This document shows, piece by piece, positions 9,218-16,461 of a stretch of 32,000 nucleotides of DNA; within the stretch, counting starts at the first letter, position 1; each line of letters opens with the position of its first letter. The position numbers and the translations under genes were made by a program. The notes below the pieces were generated by a model. That model ran no database searches. It had not been told where the DNA came from and saw only the letters and a program-made list of their open reading frames with translations. The DNA is from Microbacterium phage Clock: the sequence record PQ559672.1; one strand, 5' to 3'.

Positions 9218-10029
9218 TGGGTGCTCTCAAGAACCACCCCGGGATGTGGATGCGTGACGACGCTGCTGCGGCGATCAACGCGCTGGAGGACAAGTATGGC
9301 GTCATCGTCATCAACTCCGCGGGCCGCACCAAGGCGGAGCAGCAGACGCTGATCAACCGCTGGCACCAGGGAGGCGCGCAGAACCGCCCGCCGTACCTGT
9401 TCCGGCCCGCCGAGCCGGCTGACACCAGCCCGCACGTCGTGGACGGTGGAATCGCAGCCGACATCCGCGACTACAACACGCACAAGGCGAAGATGGAGGA
9501 GTTCGGCTTCGTCTGGTTTGGCCCCAGCGACCCGGTCCACTTCAACTTCCGTGGTCGTCCCAACACGGGCGGCGGCTCGCGTCCGGGCTACCAGGATGGC
9601 TCGGCTGAGCTGCGCCGCTTCCAGGAGAAGCTCATCAAGATGGGCCACGACCTGGGGGCGACCGGTGCAGATGCGGTCTACGGCCCGCGCACCAAGGCAG
9701 CGACGCTTCACGAGCAGGGCATGGCCGAGCGCAACGGCTACCCCGGCGGCAACGTCGCGGACGACGGCTGGCCCGGACCTCAGACCGAGGCTTACCTGGA
9801 CTGGTGGCTCGGGGGCCGTCCCGGCATCTCGCGTCCGTCGCCCAAGTCGGCCGGTGAGCTCACCTACGCCGACATCCAGTCCGCGCTCGTCCGCCACGGC
9901 TACAACATCGCGGTGGACAACGTGTGGGGTCCCAAGAGCAGCAACGCTCTCGCGGACTTCCAGGCGAAGAACGGCCTGAAGGTCGACCGGCTGGTCGGCC
10001 CGCTCACCTGGGACAAGCTCAACCGCTGA
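9217..10029 (+). CDS. Endolysin: VanY-like D-Ala-D-Ala carboxypeptidase domain plus peptidoglycan-binding repeats
   Basis: SAGRTKAEQQTLINRW...SPHVVDGGIAADIRD...FVWFGPSDPVHFNF is VanY/peptidase M15-like. Two PG_binding_1-like repeats follow (ELRRFQEKL...GPRTKAAT; YADIQSALVRHGYNIAVDNVWGPKSSNALADFQAKNGLKVDRLVGPLTWDKL). GAGGAGGT SD. Confidence 0.88.
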   Translation: MGALKNHPGMWMRDDAAAAINALEDKYGVIVINSAGRTKAEQQTLINRWHQGGAQNRPPYLFRPAEPADTSPHVVDGGIAADIRDYNTHKAKMEEFGFVWFGPSDPVHFNFRGRPNTGGGSRPGYQDGSAELRRFQEKLIKMGHDLGATGADAVYGPRTKAATLHEQGMAERNGYPGGNVADDGWPGPQTEAYLDWWLGGRPGISRPSPKSAGELTYADIQSALVRHGYNIAVDNVWGPKSSNALADFQAKNGLKVDRLVGPLTWDKLNR

Positions 10030-10101
10030 CCCAAGTCCATCGCAGGAGGGCGGGGCTGCGCTATGTGGCCTCGCCCTTCCCCATCCCCAGGAAGAAGACC
10101 G

Positions 10102-10428
10102 ATGGACCCCACTCTCCTCAGCATCATAAGCACCAGCGGCGGATGGGCAATCGCTATCATCGTTGCTATCATCGCCTTGATTCCCCGCAAGGGTTCGTTG
10201 GAAAACGCACGTATCGATCAACTTCAGGAAGACCTGGCAGCAGAACGCCAGGCCCGGATCGCTCAGGATACCCGACTTGAGCGGATTGACCGGGTCAACA
10301 ACCGATACAGGAAGCGGGACCTCGCATGGCAACGGCACTACCACACCATTCAGCAGGGCGTCGAGGCAGGTACGATCCCGCCCTGGCCGGATCTGCCGGA
10401 TATCATCACGGAGGTGGATGATGACTGA
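10102..10428 (+). CDS. Small membrane protein with one N-terminal TM and a coiled-coil-like tail; lysis cassette member
   Basis: ATG at 10102 after AGGAAGAAG. MDPTLLSIISTSGGWAIAIIVAIIALIPRKGSLENARIDQLQEDLAAERQARIAQDTRLERIDRV... Confidence 0.7.
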   Translation: MDPTLLSIISTSGGWAIAIIVAIIALIPRKGSLENARIDQLQEDLAAERQARIAQDTRLERIDRVNNRYRKRDLAWQRHYHTIQQGVEAGTIPPWPDLPDIITEVDDD

Positions 10429-11032
10429 ACAGGAGCTGCTCAAGATCGCCATCAAGGAGAAGCGCCGTCAGGCGTGGTTCTTCAGTGCGATCCTGGTCAT
10501 CGTAGCCCTGTCCCTGGGGCTGGGCTGGCTCAACTCGGCCTTGGGCCGGGAAGCCTGGAAGCAGCAGGCTGAGACCTGGCAAGCGCAGTACCTGGACCTC
10601 TACGATGAGTTCATCCAAGAGGTCGGCCAGGAGCCCAGCGCACCGGCCCCCGACAAGATCGCTGACCAGGGTCCGCAGGGCGAGCAGGGGCAGCAGGGCG
10701 ATCCGGGTGCCGTTGGCCCCCAGGGTCCGTCTGGCCTGCCCGGTGCGCCTGGCCTGAACGGCATTGACGGTCTCCCCGGCGCTACGGGACCCACTGGCGC
10801 TCCAGGACCTGCGGGTGCTGATGGGGTAGCTGGAGCCACGGGAGCGACCGGTGAGCCTGGCCCTGCGGGCGCTCAGGGTCCTGCTGGCCCAGCCGGTCCC
10901 CAGGGGCCGCAAGGTGTGGCCGGACCTACCTGCCCCGAAGGAGTCACCCCTGCGGTGGGCTTCATCTACGTCTACGACCAGACTGGCGTCTTCGCCACAC
11001 TGACCCGGGTCACCTACTGCCCGGCCCCCTAG
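10421..11032 (+). CDS. Membrane-anchored collagen-like protein
   Basis: ATG 10421 (or 10418) with upstream GGAGGT. TM segment AWFFSAILVIVALSLGLGWL, then 29 uninterrupted G-X-Y triplets, then a C-terminal module CPEGVTPAVGFIYVYDQTGVFATLTRVTYCPAP. Confidence 0.85.
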   Translation: MTEQELLKIAIKEKRRQAWFFSAILVIVALSLGLGWLNSALGREAWKQQAETWQAQYLDLYDEFIQEVGQEPSAPAPDKIADQGPQGEQGQQGDPGAVGPQGPSGLPGAPGLNGIDGLPGATGPTGAPGPAGADGVAGATGATGEPGPAGAQGPAGPAGPQGPQGVAGPTCPEGVTPAVGFIYVYDQTGVFATLTRVTYCPAP

Positions 11033-11040
11033 GAGGAAAC

Positions 11041-11328
11041 ATGGATACGAACAACGACGGCGTCGAGGACACTCGCGCCAACCTGAAGGCCACGGCCACA
11101 CCGAACGTCGGCATCCCCGACCCCGACACGCGGCGCACGCTCCAGAACTGGCTGGGCTACGTGTCGCTCGGCGTCGCCATCGTGGCGATGTTCTTCACGT
11201 TCTTCCCGGAGGTTGCCTTCGGGTCGGACATCCCCGACCGTGCGGTGCAGTTCGTCAACTCGCTGGTGCTGCTCATCTCGGGCACCTACGGCCTCACGGT
11301 CACCCGGCCGAACATCCCCAAGTTCTGA
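11041..11328 (+). CDS. Putative holin (95 aa)
   Basis: TAGGAGGAAAC SD. Two hydrophobic segments (WLGYVSLGVAIVAMFFTFFPEVAFG; AVQFVNSLVLLISGTYGLTV), small size, last gene of the lysis cassette. Confidence 0.7.
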   Translation: MDTNNDGVEDTRANLKATATPNVGIPDPDTRRTLQNWLGYVSLGVAIVAMFFTFFPEVAFGSDIPDRAVQFVNSLVLLISGTYGLTVTRPNIPKF

Positions 11329-11343
11329 TCTCAGCCGGCTCGA

Positions 11344-11373
11344 GCACCCCTGGCCCCCACGGGCTGGGGGTGC
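11344..11373 (+). terminator. Strong hairpin ending the rightward late operon
   Basis: GCACCCCTGGCCC-CCAC-GGGCTGGGGGTGC: 13 continuous pairs (11 Watson-Crick, 2 G-U) with a 4-nt loop, 15 nt after the last stop. No clear U-tract. Confidence 0.7.
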
Positions 11374-11453
11374 CTTGCTGTGCAGGGCCATGCTCGAGCC
11401 TCTCGACAGGAGATCGAGCAGCCCAGCACCCCCAGCCCTCCCTACATATGCCA

Positions 11454-11484
11454 AGCGGCCCCCTCGCTAGGCGAGAGAGCCGCT
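11454..11484 (-). terminator. Hairpin ending the leftward early operon
   Basis: AGCGGC-CCC-CTCGC-TAG-GCGAG-AGA-GCCGCT: two stems (6 and 5 bp) separated by a 3x3 internal loop, just beyond the stop of the 11498..11686 gene. Confidence 0.5.
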
Positions 11485-11497
11485 CAGAGCCAGCGAG

Positions 11498-11686
11498 CTA
11501 CTGCTTCACCGGGAAGTGCATGTCCAGGTCGACCACGGCCACCCCGAGGTCCGTCTCCAGGCGACCGCGCAGGTGGTCCACCCGGCGGATCCGGATGACG
11601 GTGGCTTCGTTGCCTTCCGGGTCGATGATCTCCATGCCGTGGTCCAGGTCTTCAGCCTTCACCTGGCGGTAGGTTGCCCGTGCCAT
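11498..11686 (-). CDS. Small hypothetical protein (62 aa)
   Basis: MARATYRQVKAEDLDHGMEIIDPEGNEATVIRIRRVDHLRGRLETDLGVAVVDLDMHFPVKQ. Internal start of the longer track ORF, contiguous with its neighbour. Confidence 0.75.
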   Translation of the reverse strand: MARATYRQVKAEDLDHGMEIIDPEGNEATVIRIRRVDHLRGRLETDLGVAVVDLDMHFPVKQ

Positions 11687-11688
11687 GA

Positions 11689-11898
11689 TCAGGCCTCCAC
11701 CTTCAGGCTGGGGAACACGGTGGAGTAGAACTCCCGCTTGCCATCGCCTTCGGGCTTGCTGACCACGACCTTGGCGCTGCGGCCTTCGCCAGCGAACCGG
11801 CTGACCTCGATGAAGATCCACTCGGTGCCGCGGAAGTCCACGACGGTGTCGCCGTGACCGATGCTGCGGCCCGTGTCGGTGTTGAGTACGGTTGCCAT
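11689..11898 (-). CDS. Small hypothetical protein (69 aa)
   Basis: MATVLNTDTGRSIGHGDTVVDFRGTEWIFIEVSRFAGEGRSAKVVVSKPEGDGKREFYSTVFPSLKVEA. SD AAGGAGAAGGAAG upstream. Confidence 0.75.
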   Translation of the reverse strand: MATVLNTDTGRSIGHGDTVVDFRGTEWIFIEVSRFAGEGRSAKVVVSKPEGDGKREFYSTVFPSLKVEA

Positions 11899-11951
11899 TC
11901 TTCCTTCTCCTTGGGTTGGAGGGAGGCCCGGTGTGGGCCTCCCCTTGGGGT

Positions 11952-12851
11952 TCAGATCCAGCTTCCCTTGCTGGGGCGGCTACCGAACGCGAACGCGACG
12001 TCGTCCTTGCTGGGCTCCAGTGTGGCCGTGAACGTGATGCGACGGCCCTTGAGCCCCTTCCACTGGCTCTCCTGGCCCTGCGCGGTGCCCTCAAACCAGA
12101 CCGTCGGGCCGAAGGTGTAGTCGTCATACCCTGCGGCCAGGTACTCCTCGCGGAAGCTGTCGAACGCCTCGTCAGCCTGCGCCTTGGGCAGCGATGCCCA
12201 GACCTTGTATCCCGCGTCGTCCTTGACGAGGATCTTGTAGGCGGTGCCGTAGTCACCCTCCACGACCTTCGTGCTGATGATCTCGCCGGTCACGGCCACA
12301 CGACCCGAGGGGGCCGGGTGGGCTGCGGCCTCAACCTGCTGCGCCGTGCGCTTGACGGCCTTGTCAGCAAGGACCTCGAGCTGGCGGGCGGTGAACGGGC
12401 GCTCGTCCAGCTTCCAGAGCTGGTCGGTCATGGCGAGCAGGAAGCTGTCACGCTCGTTGGCGCTGGGGTAGACGTCGCCCTCGGGCTGGTCCCAGGCACG
12501 AACGTTGACGACGCTGGTGAGCAGCGCCCACACGGCGGGGTGAGAAGCCTCGAGGGCATCCCAGGCTGCGGTGCGCTTGGCCAGCTTGGCGAGGCGCTCC
12601 TGCTCCCGCTTGGCGTCGCGACGGTCCTGGGCGACGCGCTTGCCGTGGCACCATGCCTGAGCCTGCGCCAGCGTTCCCAGCTCGTCACCCAGCTTGGCGG
12701 ACGAGTCGCGGCAGAGGTAGCACTTGCTGTCAAAGCCGTCGAACAGGTAGTGGCCGGTCCCACCGCAACGGCGGCAACCCTTCCAGAAGGTGCCTTCAAA
12801 CTCGAGGAAGGTGTAGCCCTCGTGCTCGTGGGTGGTGATGTTCATGAACAT
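11952..12851 (-). CDS. Hypothetical protein with N-terminal zinc-ribbon-like CxxC pairs (299 aa)
   Basis: SD CAAGGAGC before ATG 12851. CRRCGGTGHYLFDGFDSKCYLC is a zinc knuckle-like motif. The C-terminal half (VTGEIISTKVVEGDYGTAYKILVKDDAGYKVWASLP...GRRITFTATLEPSKDD) looks OB-fold-like. Confidence 0.75.
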   Translation of the reverse strand: MFMNITTHEHEGYTFLEFEGTFWKGCRRCGGTGHYLFDGFDSKCYLCRDSSAKLGDELGTLAQAQAWCHGKRVAQDRRDAKREQERLAKLAKRTAAWDALEASHPAVWALLTSVVNVRAWDQPEGDVYPSANERDSFLLAMTDQLWKLDERPFTARQLEVLADKAVKRTAQQVEAAAHPAPSGRVAVTGEIISTKVVEGDYGTAYKILVKDDAGYKVWASLPKAQADEAFDSFREEYLAAGYDDYTFGPTVWFEGTAQGQESQWKGLKGRRITFTATLEPSKDDVAFAFGSRPSKGSWI

Positions 12852-12890
12852 GGTGTGCTCCTTGCGCTGAGCGGGGTGGTTGATGAGACA

Positions 12891-12919
12891 AGAGTACCTC
12901 ATCCTCAAGCATGCCGCAA
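12891..12919 (-). promoter_or_regulatory. Predicted promoter A: TTGCGG-N17-TACTCT
   Basis: Reverse strand -35 TTGCGG at 12919-12914 and -10 TACTCT at 12896-12891. Shares AACTTGGGGGTTGCGG with site B. Confidence 0.55.
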
Positions 12920-12948
12920 CCCCCAAGTTGAAGAACCTGGGGGTTGCT
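12907..12948 (-). terminator. Intergenic 10-bp hairpin between two leftward genes, overlapping the -35 of promoter A
   Basis: GCAACCCCCA ... TGGGGGTTGC are perfect 10-bp arms, with an inner GTT/AAC. Located between the stop at 12959 and promoter A. The exact arms fall inside these bounds. Confidence 0.5.
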
Positions 12949-12958
12949 GGCGTGGGGC

Positions 12959-13534
12959 TCATGCGGCGTCGGTGATGGTGACGATCCACTGACCGCGCTT
13001 GGGGTTGGCGACGTCCACCTTGACCGGTCCGCCCTGCGCCTTGGCGTAGGCCGTGGCGTCCTTCTTGTTGGTGAACTCCCGGCGAGCGTAGCCGGTGCTA
13101 GGCTCGGGCTCCACGACGGTCAGTGTGGCCGGAGCAGCCTTGGCACCGTAGTACTCGTTCAGCGCCTTGCGGGTGGGCTCGTTGGCGTTCTGCTCGAGGG
13201 CGTCGATGAGGTAGTTGACGTCACCACCCTCGACCAGTGCGTCGACCAGGAACTTGAGCGCGTCCTGGAAGCCGGTCTGGTAGGCGCGGGCCTCCTTGTG
13301 GTTGTTGAGGTTGACCTTGGCGTTGGTGGGGTTCACCTTGATGCGCTCCCGGCATCCGTCGCAGAAGTCCTCGCCGTGCGTGTAGTACGCCAGCTTCTCG
13401 GTCTTGCTGTTCACGATGGTCTTGTGGTCTTCGCAGAAGGTGACCCAGGGGCCGTCAGTCGCGTCGGCGTTGAGCTCGGTGGCGCGGGCGACGGTCAGGG
13501 TCTCACCGGTGCTGCGGATCTTGCGAGTGTACAT
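12959..13534 (-). CDS. Hypothetical protein (191 aa) with Cys/His cluster
   Basis: SD CAAGGAGC before ATG. MYTRKIRSTGETLTVARATELNADATDGPWVTFCEDHKTIVNSKTEKLAYYTHGEDFCDGC... Confidence 0.8.
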   Translation of the reverse strand: MYTRKIRSTGETLTVARATELNADATDGPWVTFCEDHKTIVNSKTEKLAYYTHGEDFCDGCRERIKVNPTNAKVNLNNHKEARAYQTGFQDALKFLVDALVEGGDVNYLIDALEQNANEPTRKALNEYYGAKAAPATLTVVEPEPSTGYARREFTNKKDATAYAKAQGGPVKVDVANPKRGQWIVTITDAA

Positions 13535-13582
13535 GATGCTCCTTGAAGGTTTGAGAGGCTGTGGGGCCTTGCTGATGAGATC

Positions 13583-13611
13583 AGGCTACTCGGTCTTCAA
13601 GGTGTGCGCAA
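13583..13611 (-). promoter_or_regulatory. Predicted promoter C: TTGCGC-N17-TAGCCT
   Basis: -35 at 13611-13606, -10 at 13588-13583. Preceded by an A/T-rich AGAAAACTTTTTTCC tract. The perfect palindrome CTGAT-CTC-ATCAG (13572-13584) covers the expected start site. Confidence 0.6.
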
Positions 13612-13632
13612 GCTCAGATGGAAAAAAGTTTT

Positions 13633-15312
13633 CTAGTCTTCCAGGTTCGGCCGTTTGATGATGCGCAGGTGGTCGTCGATGTAGTGCTGCCCGCTGGCGC
13701 GCTTGGTCTGCACACCCATCCGGAGCAGGTCCTCATCTTCAGCCGGCGAAGCCAGGCTCATGATGAAGTCAGACCAGGCGTGCAGTGCTGTCGCACCCAG
13801 GATGCTCTCCTGAATGCTCTCACCCTTCTCGAAGACCCGCTTGCGAGTATGGTGGATGAACAGCACTGCACACCCGGTCGCCTTGGCAATGTCCTTGACC
13901 GGCTTCAGCACGGCATACATCTCCTTCTGGTCGGAGACGTTGCCCTTGCCAATGGCCATGGACAGAGTGTCAATGATGACAAGCTTGAGGTCATGCTTGA
14001 GGATGGTCTCCAGGAGACGCTGCTGGTCCTCAGGCGTGCTCAGGTCAACCTGAGCGAAGTTGGTGTGCAGTTCCATGGGCACGGGCGGCTCCCAGACGAG
14101 CGACCCGCGCTCCTCCGGCTTGATGTGGCCATCCCAGTGGAACTTCTCGCGGCCGTGGTTCAGACCAGCTTCCAGGCGTTCAGCGAACAGGTACTCACCG
14201 TCCTCTAGGGACAGGAAGCCCACGGGCCGGGGCCGGGGCACGCTGATGCCCAGCGGTCGCCTGCCGGTAGCCAAGCCCAGCGCGATCTCGATGGCTACGC
14301 GGGTCTTGCCCACCTTGGGGGCGGCGACGATGAGACCACATCCGGCCTCGGGGATGATGCCAGGCAGCACCCACTTGAAGGGCTTGCGAAGGACCGTTCC
14401 GAAGTCGGAGACGGTGGCCATGTCCCAGGCTTCAATGGGCTCGTCCTCATCTGCGAAGTCGTGCTCGACCTGCTCCTGGGCCTGCCGCTGCTCGGCGTCC
14501 TTGGGCTTGGTGGGCTGGGCCTCGTAGGACTTGGCGATGTCGTCCTTGAGCCGGTCAGGGTCGTCGGCCCACTTATTCCACTTGGTGGCCTTGATCAGCT
14601 TGAACGTGAGGTCCTGGGGCAGTCCCAACTCAGCAGCCGTGCGGCCGAACTTCCAGAGGAGCTTGCTGCGGTCGCCGTAGGGGTCCTCGGCTGCCAGCTC
14701 GCTCGCCAGCCCTGCGGGGAAGCCCAGCTGACGGGCCACACGCTGAAGCAGCAGCGCCCGAGTGTAGACGGTGCCCTGCGTGCGCAGGACCTTGCCGTGG
14801 AACGCCTTGCCCTTGTGATGCCACGTGCCAGGCACCCGGAGAAGCTGGCTGACATCCACGCCTGACTTGTCGGCGCCGATGGCCTGCGTCAGCATGCCCA
14901 TGAAGCCGTCACGGTGGAACTCGCTGACCGGCATCTCGTCCTTGAGCAGCCAGATCGCTTGGATGTGGCCGGGGCTGGTCTCCCACATGTACGAGGGCTT
15001 CAGAGACTCCACGAGAGCCCTGTCGTAGGACTCGTCGCAGTCTACCCAGACCGCACGCTGCGCGGGGTAGTTGCTGGCTACTGAGCTCCTCTTGACGCGC
15101 CTGGTCTCACCGTGGCTGACAGCCGGTGTCCAGTACCAGTCGACGTCGTCGTCGGGCTGCGGCAGCTTGGGGGCTGCGGTGCTGATGATGGGTCCCTCGC
15201 GGAACCGCTCGGTCTCCTTGCCGATGTTGCTGATGCTGGGCATCCAGACATTTCCCTTGATGCCCGAGTGCTGCCATACCTTGCGGACTAGGTCGAGAGG
15301 GTTGCTATCCAC
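13633..15312 (-). CDS. Replicative primase-helicase-like protein: RepB-family primase-like N-terminus plus RepA-like P-loop ATPase
   Basis: N-terminal AVWVDCDESYDRALVESLKPSYMWETSPGHIQAIWLL...GVDVSQLLRVPGTWHHKG. C-terminal Walker A GCGLIVAAPKVGKTRVAIEIALGLATG, Walker B LKLVIIDTLS, AVLFIHHTRK. Confidence 0.85.
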   Translation of the reverse strand: MDSNPLDLVRKVWQHSGIKGNVWMPSISNIGKETERFREGPIISTAAPKLPQPDDDVDWYWTPAVSHGETRRVKRSSVASNYPAQRAVWVDCDESYDRALVESLKPSYMWETSPGHIQAIWLLKDEMPVSEFHRDGFMGMLTQAIGADKSGVDVSQLLRVPGTWHHKGKAFHGKVLRTQGTVYTRALLLQRVARQLGFPAGLASELAAEDPYGDRSKLLWKFGRTAAELGLPQDLTFKLIKATKWNKWADDPDRLKDDIAKSYEAQPTKPKDAEQRQAQEQVEHDFADEDEPIEAWDMATVSDFGTVLRKPFKWVLPGIIPEAGCGLIVAAPKVGKTRVAIEIALGLATGRRPLGISVPRPRPVGFLSLEDGEYLFAERLEAGLNHGREKFHWDGHIKPEERGSLVWEPPVPMELHTNFAQVDLSTPEDQQRLLETILKHDLKLVIIDTLSMAIGKGNVSDQKEMYAVLKPVKDIAKATGCAVLFIHHTRKRVFEKGESIQESILGATALHAWSDFIMSLASPAEDEDLLRMGVQTKRASGQHYIDDHLRIIKRPNLED

Positions 15313-15581
15313 TCCACTACTTCCTGAACCTGGGGGTCATGGCTGACAAACGTTGCGCCGCCTGCCTGACGTAGCTTCCTGAGATTGTACTTCTGTGCGT
15401 CGCTCGGCTTCTCCCGTGCGCTGCGCTTGGCTTCAATGGCGAAGAACCTGCCATGAGCCGAACCGACGATGTCGGGGGTGCCCTTCTGCTGAAAGGCACC
15501 CCCGTGAGTGCGGAAGCAGTACACACCGGGGATGGCGTTGAGACGGGCCATCATCCGACGGACGACTTCCGCCTCTTCCAT
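15288..15581 (-). CDS. VRR-NUC domain nuclease (97 aa)
   Basis: MEEAEVVRRMMARLNAIPGVYCFRTHGGAFQQKGTPDIVGSAHGRFFAIEAKRS...QKYNLRKLRQAGGATFVSHDPQEV: GxPDi...EAK catalytic pattern. Confidence 0.9.
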   Translation of the reverse strand: MEEAEVVRRMMARLNAIPGVYCFRTHGGAFQQKGTPDIVGSAHGRFFAIEAKRSAREKPSDAQKYNLRKLRQAGGATFVSHDPQVQEVVEWIATLST

Positions 15582-16432
15582 CAGCGGCGGCGGACGGTGC
15601 GGCGCGCGGGTGCTGCGGCCTTGGCGGCAGGCTTGGCGGCGGGCTTCTTGGCCGGAGCGGCGCGGCGGCGGGGAGCCGGCTCGGGCTCCTCGTCCTCCTC
15701 ATCCTCTTCGTCCTCGTCGTCGAAGTCTTCGTCGTCCAGGTCCTCGTCACCGAGGTCCTCGTCGTCGTCTTCGTCTTCCTCGTCGTCGCCGGCGAGCTCC
15801 TCCTCCAGGACCAGCTCCACGAGCTCGTCCTTCTTGACGCCTTCGGTGTCGATGCCGAGGCCCTTGGCGCGCTTGCGCAGGGCAGCGAGGGTCAGGGCCT
15901 CGATCTCCTCGCGGAGCTCGTCGTCCTCCTCGTCGCCCTCGTCCTCGTCGGCGTCCTCGTCCTCGCCGTCGTAGTCCTCTTCCTCGACCTCGTCGTCTTC
16001 GATCTCGTCCTCGTCGTCGGCGACACGGTCGTCGTCATCGATGATGGAACGGTCGTAGACGCCGTCGATCTCGCTGCGGCCTGCGTACTGCCCGGTCGCG
16101 TCGCTGACCTCGGCCGCGATGATCTTGCCGACCGGCGCGTCCGGGTCGAGGCCGATGCGCTTCTTCGGCACCGGGATGCCAGCCGCCGTGAACAGGTCAC
16201 GGAGCTTGAAGAGCTGGTTGGCCTGGTGCTTGCAGTAGTACGGGAAGAGCCGCGTCTTGTACTTCGGGTTCGTCGGGCGCAGACCGTAGGTCCACATCGG
16301 CGTGCCGTCGTTCGCGTCCTTCAGGTCCACCAGCTCGACCTTGAACTCGTGGAGGCCTTCCGGCATCTCCTTGGAGTTCCATCCCGAGCGCTCCTCGACC
16401 TTGCTGAAGTCAAGGGTGATCTTCTTTCCCAT
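15581..16432 (-). CDS. Putative ssDNA-binding protein with long D/E-rich segment, SAP/LEM-like insert and basic Ala/Lys/Arg/Pro tail (283 aa)
   Basis: N-terminus MPEGLHEFKVELVDLKDANDGTPMWTYGLRPTNPKYKTRLFPYYC... resembles phage SSB-like folds. It is adjacent to Sak4-like and Cas4-like genes. Acidic blocks flank LTLAALRKRAKGLGIDTEGVKKDELVELVLEE. Ends PAPRRRAAPAKKPAAKPAAKAAAPARRTVRRR. Confidence 0.6.
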   Translation of the reverse strand: MGKKITLDFSKVEERSGWNSKEMPEGLHEFKVELVDLKDANDGTPMWTYGLRPTNPKYKTRLFPYYCKHQANQLFKLRDLFTAAGIPVPKKRIGLDPDAPVGKIIAAEVSDATGQYAGRSEIDGVYDRSIIDDDDRVADDEDEIEDDEVEEEDYDGEDEDADEDEGDEEDDELREEIEALTLAALRKRAKGLGIDTEGVKKDELVELVLEEELAGDDEEDEDDDEDLGDEDLDDEDFDDEDEEDEEDEEPEPAPRRRAAPAKKPAAKPAAKAAAPARRTVRRR

Positions 16433-16461
16433 GTTGGTGTCTTCCTTCTTGTTATTCTCGG

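Noticed and set aside
10063-10101. Upstream ATG extension of the 108-aa membrane protein
   Set aside because: The extra MWPRPSPSPGRRP has no SD at proper spacing and looks non-coding. The ATG at 10102 has an AGGAAGAAG SD.
9082-10455. 457-aa reverse-strand ORF
   Set aside because: Antisense to the endolysin and small membrane protein genes, which have clear domains and SDs.
9217-11328. Possible LysB (mycolylarabinogalactan esterase) in the lysis cassette
   Set aside because: No esterase-like ORF is present. Its absence weakly argues against a mycolic-acid-bearing host, but the window does not prove the host.
11892-12992. 366-aa forward ORF
   Set aside because: Antisense to the 11952..12851 gene; L/V/G/R-biased shadow translation.
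15433-15750. Reverse-strand ORFs in the D/E-rich region (e.g. 109-aa Pro/Arg-rich)
   Set aside because: Alternate-frame reading of the acidic tract; no SD and overlaps the VRR-NUC gene.
15453-15974. Forward ORF with long poly-Ser runs
   Set aside because: Produced by reading the GAC/GAG-type codon runs of the acidic protein on the opposite strand. It is not a microsatellite of separate interest.
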